From contig JAFQAU010000264.1 in the NCBI GenBank assembly GCA_017399885.1, forward strand, positions 6,411 through 70,410: DNA of 64,000 nucleotides, read 5' to 3'. This document shows positions 37,406 through 47,119 of the stretch, piece after piece. Numbering within the stretch: the first letter of the stretch is position 1; every line of letters starts with the position of its first letter. This DNA is from Lachnospiraceae bacterium. GTDB lineage: Bacteria; Bacillota; Clostridia; Lachnospirales; Lachnospiraceae. The notes beneath the pieces are model-generated. The model saw only the letters and a list, made by a program, of their open reading frames with translations, was not told where the DNA came from and ran no database searches. The position numbers and the translations under genes are program-made.

Positions 37406-38188
37406 ATGAAACATCCACTTAGTGTACTGTTAATTGAAGATGAGCAGATTGTATGTGACAGCTTTCGATATACCATAGAAGAATATCCTGACATCCATTT
37501 AGTTGCTGTTACGAATAAAATATCAGAAGGGATTTCCTTTACAAAGAAGTATATACCCAATGTGATTTTGTTAGATTTAGAACTGCATAATGGGGAGGGA
37601 AATGGTCTGATATTTTTAAAAGAGCTCCAGAATATCTCTTTAGAAATTAAACCTTACATTCTGATTACTACCAATAACTCCAGTCAATCCACCTACCGTT
37701 TTGCAAGACAGTTAGGCGCAGATATGATTATGTACAAGTATCAGAATGATTACACAGAAAAAAATGTAATTGATTTTCTTGCCATGATAGGTGACATGCT
37801 GTTGGAGAATCAGTATTCTTCCACAGCACATAGTAGTTCTACTCCATCACCTTTCGAAGAACGTCAGTCAATTCGCAGACAAATCAGCCGAGAATTGGAT
37901 TGTTTAGAAATGAGTCCCAAGATTGTAGGTTATCAATACCTTATAGACGCCATTGTACTCTTCATGGATAATTCCAATGAAAACATTTGCAAGGTGCTGG
38001 CGAAAAAGTATCATAAAACTCCCGGCAGTGTTGATCGTGGCATGCGCAATGCAATCAACAGTACGTGGAATAAAACAGCTCCTGACATTTTATTTACACA
38101 TTATACCGGTAGAGTCTCCTCAGACAAGGGAACACCTACAGTCATGGAATTCATTTCCTACTTTGCACGCAAATTCAAGTGCAAATAA
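37406..38188 (+). CDS. Response regulator with a Spo0A-type C-terminal DNA-binding domain (Spo0A paralog)
   Basis: Receiver domain (LLIEDEQ, ILLDLELH). The C-terminal domain aligns by eye to Spo0A_C: KIVGYQYLIDAI, AKKYHKTPGSVDRGMRNAINSTW and GTPTVMEFISYFARKF. Confidence 0.8.
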   Translation: MKHPLSVLLIEDEQIVCDSFRYTIEEYPDIHLVAVTNKISEGISFTKKYIPNVILLDLELHNGEGNGLIFLKELQNISLEIKPYILITTNNSSQSTYRFARQLGADMIMYKYQNDYTEKNVIDFLAMIGDMLLENQYSSTAHSSSTPSPFEERQSIRRQISRELDCLEMSPKIVGYQYLIDAIVLFMDNSNENICKVLAKKYHKTPGSVDRGMRNAINSTWNKTAPDILFTHYTGRVSSDKGTPTVMEFISYFARKFKCK

Positions 38189-38315
38189 CCTTTATGTTTA
38201 AAAGTTATTAATTAATATTGACCATAAGTAGTCTAACAACATGAAATCAGCTCCTTTTCTGTAAAGTAAGAATAGAATACTGATTTTTTTTCATTTTTTA
38301 TTTGAAAACATGACT

Positions 38316-38350
38316 GTCAATTTCTGTCGATTTTTGGGGGTTTTTGTCCA
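38316..38350 (+). promoter_or_regulatory. Phased TGTC boxes (E5) immediately upstream of the kinase gene
   Basis: TGTCA at 38316, TGTCG at 38326 and TGTCC at 38346, on a 10-bp register. Confidence 0.4.
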
Positions 38351-39855
38351 TGATTGAAAAAAACGTATTTTTATCATTGATTCGATATATGTGCATTGTT
38401 TTTTGTACTTCCTACATATACGAAAAGCTTATCCATGCAAAAGGACATATACAGAAAAATTTATGCTTTAATTTATTCTTCGGAATTGGTATGAGTATAC
38501 TGGCGTTATCCCTGCCTAGAGAACTGCATTTTTTTATCATGCCTACCATAGGGTGTATCTTTATTCTTTATTTTAAAAAACAATATACTTATCCCATTGA
38601 AAGCATATTCACAGGTGTTATTCTGTCTATGAGCATGTGCTATAGCTTTTTTTACATTGCAACAGTTTTTATTATTATAGTTCTTTGCATACCTTGCTAC
38701 CTATTGTTTCACCACATGTTTTATTTTGTTACATTACAATTGTTCTTTGCCTTATTCCAAACACTGTTTTGTTTTTTGTTTTTTCGCATAAAACGTTTCA
38801 AACATGGAATGTCTTTTTTGAAAAAAAGCTATATTGCAAACCTAGGAGTTTATATTGGAAGCATCATTCTAATCTGTGCAATGGTTGTTTCTAGCGTACC
38901 AAAAAATGTGGAAACAGAAGATCGCTTCTTTTTTTTACTTTTATTTCCAATCGTTATTATTTTATTTTTTAATATCTATATTTGGTGCAAACATCATTTA
39001 CGCAAACAATATATGCAACAGGTGAGAGAACGGGAATATACCCGACTGGAAGAACAATTTGCCCAAAGCTTACAGGAAATAAAAATGCTAAAAGAAGAAA
39101 ATGAAACCCTTAGCAAACTGGTTCATAGAGATAATAAATTAATTCCCTCTATGCAACTGGCGGTTCAGCAATATCTTAGTTCTTTGCATCCGGATAATGC
39201 CAAAGAACTAGAAGTCACGGGGCAGAGACTCTTAGAACAGCTGAATCAGGAAATGCAGGATAGGAATGAAACCTTATTTTCTATTACCTCTCTAAAAAAA
39301 CAGTTACCAACTACATCTATCCCTACGTTAGATCTATGTCTACAGTATATGTGGTACAAATGCGAAGCGGAAAATATTTCTCTTAATATGACCGTGGCCG
39401 AGAATATTTCCCCATTAATTGACACAATTTCAGCGAAGGATTTGCAAACCTTGTTAGCAGACCTACTGGAAAACGCACGAATTGCATTAAAAAATTGTGA
39501 TAAAAGAAATATTCTTATTCAAATAGAAATTGATAATAGTGTGCCATCTCTTGCTGTTTGGGATAGTGCCTCTGTATTTCCCAAGGAGGTTTTATACCAT
39601 TTTGGCAAGAAACGTTATACCACCCACAAAAAAGATGGTGGCAGTGGTATTGGTATGATTGCCATACAAGAAATATTACAACGTTATCAAGCGTCTATTA
39701 TCATTGACGAAAAATTAACGGAAGAAACACTTTATAAAAAAAAGGTTGAAATTTCCTTTGATAATCAATATGCTTATATTTTACACACAGAACGTTCTCT
39801 AGAGGAATATGCTTATTTAAGCAGACGGGATAACTTACAAATTTTTGCAGAATAA
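38344..39855 (+). CDS. Polytopic sensor kinase with an AgrC-like GHKL domain (the true start is probably ATG 38350)
   Basis: About 6-7 TM segments, a coiled-coil linker, a possible H-box LVHRDNKLIP, and an ATPase region DLLENARIAL...GGSGIGMIAIQEIL. Confidence 0.7.
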   Translation: MSMIEKNVFLSLIRYMCIVFCTSYIYEKLIHAKGHIQKNLCFNLFFGIGMSILALSLPRELHFFIMPTIGCIFILYFKKQYTYPIESIFTGVILSMSMCYSFFYIATVFIIIVLCIPCYLLFHHMFYFVTLQLFFALFQTLFCFLFFRIKRFKHGMSFLKKSYIANLGVYIGSIILICAMVVSSVPKNVETEDRFFFLLLFPIVIILFFNIYIWCKHHLRKQYMQQVREREYTRLEEQFAQSLQEIKMLKEENETLSKLVHRDNKLIPSMQLAVQQYLSSLHPDNAKELEVTGQRLLEQLNQEMQDRNETLFSITSLKKQLPTTSIPTLDLCLQYMWYKCEAENISLNMTVAENISPLIDTISAKDLQTLLADLLENARIALKNCDKRNILIQIEIDNSVPSLAVWDSASVFPKEVLYHFGKKRYTTHKKDGGSGIGMIAIQEILQRYQASIIIDEKLTEETLYKKKVEISFDNQYAYILHTERSLEEYAYLSRRDNLQIFAE

Positions 39856-39942
39856 GGTATGGCAAAGCATGCAAGCATATGAGGAAATATAATGTGGCAA
39901 ATGCGTGCTTACACCCTATGTCATTTATGGAAGGAGTTTTTT

Positions 39943-41013
39943 ATGAATACAGTATTATACAACAAACTGCTGATTTCATTACTTTGTGTTACCTTGGCAT
40001 TTTCTCTTTATACCAGTGTTTCCATACCATTAGTTAGCAGTATTTTATTGGGTGTTACTATTAGCTGCCTTAACAGTTATTTTTCAAATAATAAATTTAC
40101 TTTGGTTTCTTTCACTATTTATTTCATTTTTAGTTTTTATTTTCCCGCTTTTTTTGTTCTTGTACCATTGCTCCTTTATGATGCCCCACATTTACCAAAG
40201 AACGAAAGAACTTGTCTTTACTGTATTACAGTTTTATTATTCTTTCTAAATGGATACAATTTTTCTCTATCCGGTATGCTTTTACTTATTTATGCTTTTC
40301 TTTCTCTATTGCTATCAAAGCAGCAAATTGCTTATAGAAAGCTTATGGATAGTTACAAAAAAAATAGAGATGAGATCACTGAGTATAATCTGATCTTAAG
40401 CAAAAAAAATAAAGCTTTACTAGAAAAACAGGATTACGAAATTCACGTTGCTACCTTAAAAGAAAGAAACCGAATTGCCAGAGAAATTCATGACAATGTT
40501 GGCCATATGCTTTCCCGATCTCTTTTACAACTTGGCGCTATCTTAGCCATTTATAAAGACGAGGCAATACGGGAACATCTATTAGCACTTAAGAACACCT
40601 TAAATGAAGCTATGGACAACATCCGTAACAGCGTACATGATTTACACGATTCTTCTATGGATCTGGAAGAAAATATTCATGCAATTTTAAAGGATTTTCA
40701 AAATTATCACATTTCATTTCTCTATGATGCCAGTGATAATCTTCCCAAAAATATAAAATATTGTATCGCTACTATCATAAAAGAAGCCTTATCAAATGTG
40801 GTAAAACATAGCAATGCAGACAGCATTTCTATTGTCATTCGGGAACATCCATCCTTTTGCCAGGTGCAAATCCAAGACAATGGAACAAATATATCCATAA
40901 TAGACTCCGGCATGGGACTAAATAGTATGAAAGAACGAATCGATTCTTTGAGTGGTTTTCTTAAAATTGATACCTCTAAAGGATTCCAAATTTTCTTCTC
41001 TATTCCTTTATAA
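39943..41013 (+). CDS. NarL-partner (HisKA_3) sensor histidine kinase
   Basis: Start trimmed to MNTVLYNK after the GGAAGGAG RBS. Multi-TM N-terminus. ARIAREIHDNVGHMLS H-box. GMGLNSMKERI. Confidence 0.85.
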   Translation: MNTVLYNKLLISLLCVTLAFSLYTSVSIPLVSSILLGVTISCLNSYFSNNKFTLVSFTIYFIFSFYFPAFFVLVPLLLYDAPHLPKNERTCLYCITVLLFFLNGYNFSLSGMLLLIYAFLSLLLSKQQIAYRKLMDSYKKNRDEITEYNLILSKKNKALLEKQDYEIHVATLKERNRIAREIHDNVGHMLSRSLLQLGAILAIYKDEAIREHLLALKNTLNEAMDNIRNSVHDLHDSSMDLEENIHAILKDFQNYHISFLYDASDNLPKNIKYCIATIIKEALSNVVKHSNADSISIVIREHPSFCQVQIQDNGTNISIIDSGMGLNSMKERIDSLSGFLKIDTSKGFQIFFSIPL

Positions 41014-41148
41014 TACTATAATTCCGGTGACATATAAATCTTTACATTCTCTTTGGAATTATGTTACTATTAAACCAAAAGTGGTGTGATATAACCACAG
41101 ATAACAAAAGTTACATGAATGAAATACATTTGTGAAAGGATTTTATTT

Positions 41149-41772
41149 ATGCGAATAATTATTGTAGATGATGACAATTTAGTTTCTCTTTCTTTAAAAA
41201 CCATATTAGAAGCCAGTGGTGAAATAGAGGTTTTAGATATAGGACGGAATGGAGAGGAAGCTATTGTCCTGTTTGAAAAATATAAACCTGATGTTTTGCT
41301 TATGGATATTCGGATGACTACTATGAGTGGACTAGAAGCTGCAAAAGAAATTCTTTCCAAGCACCCACAAGGAAAGATCTTATTTCTTACCACCTTTTCT
41401 GACGACGAATACATCATTCAGGCACTTTCCTTAGGTGCAAAGGGGTATATTTTAAAACAAGACTTTGATAGTATTCTCCCTGCCTTAAAAGCAGTGTATA
41501 GCGGACAGAATGTTTATGGTAGCAACATTGTAGAAAAGCTCCCTACACTCATGCAGAATCCTACACGCAAGTTTGATTATGAAAAACATGGAATCACTCC
41601 TAAGGAAATGGAGCTTATTGTCCTTGTATCCAAAGGACTTAACAATAAAGAAATCTCAGAGCAGCTGTATTTAAGCGAAGGAACCATCAGAAATTATTTA
41701 AGTTCCATTTTGGAAAAGCTACAGCTTAGAGACCGTACCCAATTGGCAATATTCTATCTAAATAATACTTAG
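41149..41772 (+). CDS. NarL/LuxR-family response regulator
   Basis: Start trimmed to MRIIIVDDD. C-terminal HTH LSEGTIRNYLSSILEKLQLRDRTQLA. Confidence 0.9.
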   Translation: MRIIIVDDDNLVSLSLKTILEASGEIEVLDIGRNGEEAIVLFEKYKPDVLLMDIRMTTMSGLEAAKEILSKHPQGKILFLTTFSDDEYIIQALSLGAKGYILKQDFDSILPALKAVYSGQNVYGSNIVEKLPTLMQNPTRKFDYEKHGITPKEMELIVLVSKGLNNKEISEQLYLSEGTIRNYLSSILEKLQLRDRTQLAIFYLNNT

Positions 41773-41828
41773 AACAAGGTGGACAAGTCCTCTTCAACTC
41801 CCTAAATCCCTCATTCAGGAAGGACTTG
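41772..41828 (+). repeat. Partial copy (first hairpin) of the 225-bp repeat
   Basis: GAACAAGGTGGACAAGTCCTCTTCAACTCCCTAAATCCCTCATTCAGGAAGGACTTGC. Confidence 0.7.
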
Positions 41829-41950
41829 CATTGAGTTAGGTATATCTTTGCATTTACCGGGCTGACTGTAGGAAAGAATATATCATGAATAGATTGGGGC
41901 AATCAACCATGTGATTGCCCCTGTGGAAACAGCTATTTCATTTCTGTATT

Positions 41951-42709
41951 TTAATAACTTAATTTTTTCAAAAATTCCCTTGTTCTCTCATTACTTGGAT
42001 TATCTATTACATCCTCCGGTTTTCCTTCCTCTACAATGACTCCTTCATCCATAAAAATAACTCTGTCTGAAACTGCCCTTGCAAAATCTATTTCGTGGGT
42101 CACTATTACCATGGTCATTTTTTCCGCTGCCAGCTGTTTTATCAGCTTTAAAATCTCTGCTGTAAGTTCCGGATCTAATGCAGAAGTAGGCTCATCAAAA
42201 TACAGCATTTTAGGTCGCATTGCCATTGCTCTTGCTATGGCAACCCTTTGCTTTTGCCCTCCTGATAACTGGCTTGGATATGCATTTTCCTTATCTTCCA
42301 ATCCAACTTTTTTTAATAAGGCTCTTGCTTCTTCATAAACCTCTTCCTTTTTTCTTTTTTCCACTGAAATTGGTGCATCTACAATATTCTTTAATACAGA
42401 ATAGTGAGGAAACAAATTAAAATCCTGAAATACCAATCCAAAATTCTCGCAAACCTTTCGCAATTCCTTAGAATGGGGATAAATCGCCCTTCCATGCTTG
42501 GAATGAATGATATTTTTTTCACTATAGCTTAGTTCTCCTGCATCCATTTTTTCCAGGAAGGTAGCACATCGAAGCAAAGTAGACTTTCCACTTCCCGAAG
42601 GTCCTATAATAGATACGACTTCCCCTTCCTTTATCTGTAAACTGATGTCTTTTAAAACTACCTTTTCTCCAAACTTTTTCTTTAAATTCTTTATCTCTAA
42701 AACTTTCAT
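41951..42709 (-). CDS. Polar amino-acid ABC transporter ATP-binding protein
   Basis: [43 protein letters not shown]. Confidence 0.9.
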   Translation of the reverse strand: MKVLEIKNLKKKFGEKVVLKDISLQIKEGEVVSIIGPSGSGKSTLLRCATFLEKMDAGELSYSEKNIIHSKHGRAIYPHSKELRKVCENFGLVFQDFNLFPHYSVLKNIVDAPISVEKRKKEEVYEEARALLKKVGLEDKENAYPSQLSGGQKQRVAIARAMAMRPKMLYFDEPTSALDPELTAEILKLIKQLAAEKMTMVIVTHEIDFARAVSDRVIFMDEGVIVEEGKPEDVIDNPSNERTREFLKKLSY

Positions 42710-42803
42710 TTCCTCACCTGCCTATTGATAATAGTAACAGGTAGCCAAAAGACTGCCCTGTTACAACGCACAACAATGTGTGCAAGGACTACCGAAATAG
42801 TAG

Positions 42804-44429
42804 TTACTGAAAATATTCCATTTTTTTCTCTATCCTTTTCATAACAAATGCCACGATAAAGTTAAATACATAGTAAAATACACCCGCAACAAATAATGGC
42901 ATAATACTGGTTTGTGCTGCCGAAATCTGTTTTGCAAGGGTAAACATTTCCGTATAAGCCAGTGCAAATGCCAAAGAGGTATCTTTTACCAAAGTGATTA
43001 CTTCATTGGTGACCGGTGGCATAATACGCTTTAACATCTGTGGAAAAATAATCTTAACAAAGGTCTGTGTCCTACTATAACCAAGCACCAATGCAGCTTC
43101 TCTTTGTCCTTTTGGCACTCCCTGTATTCCCGCGCGATATATCTCTGCAAAATAAGCTGCATAATTTAGGGAAAATCCAATAATTACTGCAAGGAAACGA
43201 TAGGAATTTGATAAGTTCACTGTTATCATATATTGTTCTGGTAGAAATGTATTGATGTACTGTGAAAAATAATAGGGGCCAAAAAATACAACCAAAAGCT
43301 GTAGCATTAATGGTGTCCCTCGCATAATGGATATATAGATTCCAGATATCCAATTTAATATACGGTACCTGGACATACGTGCAAATGCAATCAACAGACC
43401 TAGTGGAAGTGCAAATACTAATGTTAGGAAAAATATACTTAAGGTTGCAACCATTCCTTCTCCCAATTGTTTTACAACAGGTAAAATATCTGATTTATTT
43501 CCTTTTGGTGTATTCGTATCTTGGTTCTCTTCCTTTTCATTCTTAGGGTTATCTAAAACAGCTTCCGATTCTGTTTCTTCCCCTGTGCTCTCTTCTGTGA
43601 TTCCTAGTTGTTCTCCCAGACAAACACAATCTTCCAAGTCCCATTTTTTTGAAATCTTCATAAATGTGCCATCTTCAACCATTTCCTTTAAAGTATCTTG
43701 CACCTGATCACGTAATTTTGTATTTCCAAGCTTAAAACCTACTGCATACTGTTCTGTAGACACTCTTGTTTCTAAAATGCGAAACGTTTCTCCTCTAGAC
43801 TCCACTTGATATTTGGCTACTCCAATATCCATACCAATGGCATCTACCATTCCACTTTCCAAATTCATAAATGCACTATTGTAATCCCCTATTTGTTGCA
43901 ATTCTTTAAAGGATGTACAAAGTGCCAGATTTTCTTCTGTGGCTCCCTCACCGGTAAATGCAGCCAACGCTGAAGAATCCGACTGGACTGCTACTATTTT
44001 ATTCTCTAAATGTGATAGCTCTGTAATATCAGAGTCGTTTCGAACAATGATAACCTGTGAATTATCTACATAAGGAACCGTCCAAGTATATTCATCTTCT
44101 CTTCCATTCACGGTAAATCCATTCCAAATACAATCTATGGTTCCGGAATTTAATTCCATATCTTTAGAATTCCACTCAATGGGTTGCTTTACCAACGTCC
44201 ATCCCTGTCTTTTACATACTTCCTGTGCCAAATCTAAATCATATCCCACATAATCCCCATTTTCATCCTTATATCCATAAGGCGGAAATTCTGCATCAAA
44301 TCCTACCACTAATGTCGTATCACTCTTTTCAGCCTGTATTTTTTCCCATACCGGCGTTATCAATGGCAATAAAAAAAACGATAGCACGAAGCAAAATAAC
44401 AGTGCATATCTATTTAATTTTTTTCTCAA
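42804..44429 (-). CDS. Fused amino-acid ABC substrate-binding domain and permease
   Basis: The N-terminal half is SBP_bac_3-like (LVVGFDAEFPPYGY). The C-terminal half carries the permease EAA-loop region (EAALVLGYSRTQTFVKIIFPQ). Confidence 0.85.
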   Translation of the reverse strand: MRKKLNRYALLFCFVLSFFLLPLITPVWEKIQAEKSDTTLVVGFDAEFPPYGYKDENGDYVGYDLDLAQEVCKRQGWTLVKQPIEWNSKDMELNSGTIDCIWNGFTVNGREDEYTWTVPYVDNSQVIIVRNDSDITELSHLENKIVAVQSDSSALAAFTGEGATEENLALCTSFKELQQIGDYNSAFMNLESGMVDAIGMDIGVAKYQVESRGETFRILETRVSTEQYAVGFKLGNTKLRDQVQDTLKEMVEDGTFMKISKKWDLEDCVCLGEQLGITEESTGEETESEAVLDNPKNEKEENQDTNTPKGNKSDILPVVKQLGEGMVATLSIFFLTLVFALPLGLLIAFARMSRYRILNWISGIYISIMRGTPLMLQLLVVFFGPYYFSQYINTFLPEQYMITVNLSNSYRFLAVIIGFSLNYAAYFAEIYRAGIQGVPKGQREAALVLGYSRTQTFVKIIFPQMLKRIMPPVTNEVITLVKDTSLAFALAYTEMFTLAKQISAAQTSIMPLFVAGVFYYVFNFIVAFVMKRIEKKMEYFQ

Positions 44430-44516
44430 AGCTTTGTCCTCCTACAGTTATATAGTAAATATTTGCCTTTGCAAATAGAACTTGCAATGTTACAGTATAG
44501 CCCCCAGACTGAACTG

Positions 44517-45239
44517 TTACCCTTCCACAACCTTCTGTAATTCCTTTTGTTTCATTATATTTCTATAATCCTGATTTACCAATTCATAATGTGGTTTTCT
44601 TATAATACTTCTTTTGCATAGTTTACAAAATACCACTGCACTCTCTACTCTCTTCTCCATGGTAATTGGTGCAAAATACTCTTTATCTATATTTTCTTTG
44701 GATAATATTCCCCTGATATCACCTTCATATATTTTATAATCATGCAGGATTTCCATTAAATCATCTGGTCTGTATGCATAATAAGGCTTCTCAATGGAAT
44801 ATCCTAACTGTTGTAAAATTAATACAATAAATTCTATACACGTAAATGCTTTATATACCTCAAATCCCTTAGTTACCGGGAATGTAAGTACAGAAAATAA
44901 ATTATACATATACTCAGAATCATTTCTAATGGTATCCACAAGTGCCCGCACCGTTTGGTATTCCTCTATAGAAACTGATAATTCAAATACCATACATTGC
45001 AATTGCATATCTTTATTTAAAGTATAACTATTAATTGATTCTTTAACCAAATGTCCCAATAAATAAGAATAATATTGTGGGCGTGCAAATGCATATATTT
45101 GTTTTAATTCTTTATCAAAGCTAATTGCTGCATGATTAAATTTTATATTGCCAAACTTTCGTATACATTTAGCAAATCTAGTGGGAGTCTGAGAAATAAC
45201 AATATAAATTTTCCTCTCATTCATCTGCCAAACCTCCAT
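44517..45239 (-). CDS. Hypothetical protein
   Basis: Long ORF with coding-like composition. No family recognised. Confidence 0.4.
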   Translation of the reverse strand: MEVWQMNERKIYIVISQTPTRFAKCIRKFGNIKFNHAAISFDKELKQIYAFARPQYYSYLLGHLVKESINSYTLNKDMQLQCMVFELSVSIEEYQTVRALVDTIRNDSEYMYNLFSVLTFPVTKGFEVYKAFTCIEFIVLILQQLGYSIEKPYYAYRPDDLMEILHDYKIYEGDIRGILSKENIDKEYFAPITMEKRVESAVVFCKLCKRSIIRKPHYELVNQDYRNIMKQKELQKVVEG

Positions 45240-45365
45240 TTTATTCTTTTCTCTATAACATTATCCTTATAATCTCTTTTTAACATTTATTTCACTCCAT
45301 AACTTCTCCGGCTCATCCACCAATGCCATTAGGCATATTTAAAAAATTTTATAATATCAGAAAAG

Positions 45366-45394
45366 GGAGCACCTAAGTTTTTCTCAAGTGCTCC
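45366..45394. terminator. Hairpin terminator
   Basis: GGAGCAC...GTGCTCC with T-rich flanks on both strands. Confidence 0.6.
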
Positions 45395-45477
45395 TTTTTA
45401 TTTCTCTATGGTAAAATGTGCACAAAATAATTTAGAATCATTCTGTGTACCCAATTGGACGCAATACAGTACCCCTC

Positions 45478-45909
45478 TTACCGAACTCTTACATGATGCT
45501 TATACATGAAATCATCATCATTGGAACACAAATATAAAACTCCCTCTATGAAACCAATTATCCATGGAAGTCCTGCCCAAGAAAAAATAAAATACAAAAT
45601 CCCCATACCTGTCTTCCCTAGGTAAAACTTATGTACCCCAAATCCTCCCAAAAAAATGGCCAATATACCTGCTAAGATACGATTCTTCATTGGCCACATA
45701 GGATTTATCCCTGGTACATAAACCGTCTGAGGTGGTGCCTGCTGAATAATCACCTTCGGTTGTGGCTGTTGGCTATATGTATTTTGTGAATACGGTTGCT
45801 GATACTGTTGTGTAGTATTTTGTACTAGTATCTTTTCACCGCAATATTTACACTCTGTTGCACCCGGATAAATCGGGGCCCCACATTGTGGACATTCATT
45901 TTCTCCCAT
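45478..45909 (-). CDS. Zinc-ribbon plus TM2-domain membrane protein
   Basis: CPQCGAPI...CKYCG; a Q/P-rich linker; LAIFLGGFGVHKFYLGK. Confidence 0.75.
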   Translation of the reverse strand: MGENECPQCGAPIYPGATECKYCGEKILVQNTTQQYQQPYSQNTYSQQPQPKVIIQQAPPQTVYVPGINPMWPMKNRILAGILAIFLGGFGVHKFYLGKTGMGILYFIFSWAGLPWIIGFIEGVLYLCSNDDDFMYKHHVRVR

Positions 45910-45978
45910 ACTATACTCCTCCTTTTATATCTTTTACTTCACTGGTAACTGTTAAGCCTAAGGGCTGGTCTGTTTCAT

Positions 45979-47025
45979 TTATTCTACTTTCTTTCCACAT
46001 TCTGAACAGAACTTATCACCTGGTGTTATTTTATTTCCACACCCACATATTCTTTCGCTATTATTTGCTCCACATTCAGAGCAAAACTTAGAGGTAAACG
46101 ATATCCTTGCTCCACAAGAGATGCACTGCTTTGTAGATTCTTTCTGAATAGGATTCCCTATTGTCTGGTTCATAGAAGCCCCCATTCCCATAGCTGCTCC
46201 CATTCCAATTCCACCAGCCGCAAATGCTCCGGCTACTCCACTTTGATTATTTGCAGCACCTTCATATACATCAAAGGATCTCTTGGTTACATATCTTCCC
46301 TCTCCCATAATTTCAAATGCTGCCTTGTCCTCAAGAATCTTATTAATCTGTTCAAAGTCTTCATCTGGGAAATTTATGGATTGAATATAAAAATTCGTAA
46401 CATAAAAACCACAATCACCAAATGGAAGGCTAATTTCATCTTTTACTTTCTCTGATAAATCATCTAACTCTGCTGAAATCTCTAATGCAGAAATTCCATT
46501 TTTGATAATCGCATCTGCTATAGCTGCCTTCACTTTAATGACAAGAAGCCCTCTATAATATTCTTTTACTTTATCTAATTTTACAACATCATTCAGTTGC
46601 ATTCCACCAATCACGTCTCTAAACAAGGTCACAGGATCCTTCACCCGAAGTGACATTTGACCAAATGCACGAATCCTTAATTTTACAAAATATTTTGGAT
46701 CAATGAGCTGCACAGGATCTGAGGTTCCCCAATTAACATCTAATTTAATAGATGTATTAATAAAATAAATTTCTGCACTAAACGGTGTTTTCCCACCAAA
46801 TGGAAGATTTATGAAATTCCTTAGGATAGCCAAATTCTCTGTCTTCAACGTATATGTACCCGGAAAAAACACATCTGCTACCACTCCACCTTTCACAAAT
46901 ATGGCAGCCTGCCCCTCCTGTACAATAAGCGGTGTTCCTAGCACCAAATCCTCGGAAGGATATTTATATATTAACCAATCGCGACTTTTTAATCCATCAA
47001 AACGTACAACATCAACTATCGCCAT
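45979..47025 (-). CDS. SPFH-domain (YdjI-like) protein with a C-terminal double zinc ribbon
   Basis: Start trimmed to MAIVDVVRF after an AGGAGA RBS. C-terminus CISCGA...CSECG...CGCGN...CSECG. Confidence 0.7.
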   Translation of the reverse strand: MAIVDVVRFDGLKSRDWLIYKYPSEDLVLGTPLIVQEGQAAIFVKGGVVADVFFPGTYTLKTENLAILRNFINLPFGGKTPFSAEIYFINTSIKLDVNWGTSDPVQLIDPKYFVKLRIRAFGQMSLRVKDPVTLFRDVIGGMQLNDVVKLDKVKEYYRGLLVIKVKAAIADAIIKNGISALEISAELDDLSEKVKDEISLPFGDCGFYVTNFYIQSINFPDEDFEQINKILEDKAAFEIMGEGRYVTKRSFDVYEGAANNQSGVAGAFAAGGIGMGAAMGMGASMNQTIGNPIQKESTKQCISCGARISFTSKFCSECGANNSERICGCGNKITPGDKFCSECGKKVE

Positions 47026-47119
47026 CGTCTTCATCTCCTTAATTAAGTATTTATTCCCTTTACACAATTAAAAAAATCATAGCAAATATTTCACGAAAAA
47101 TCAAGCACAATACACATAT

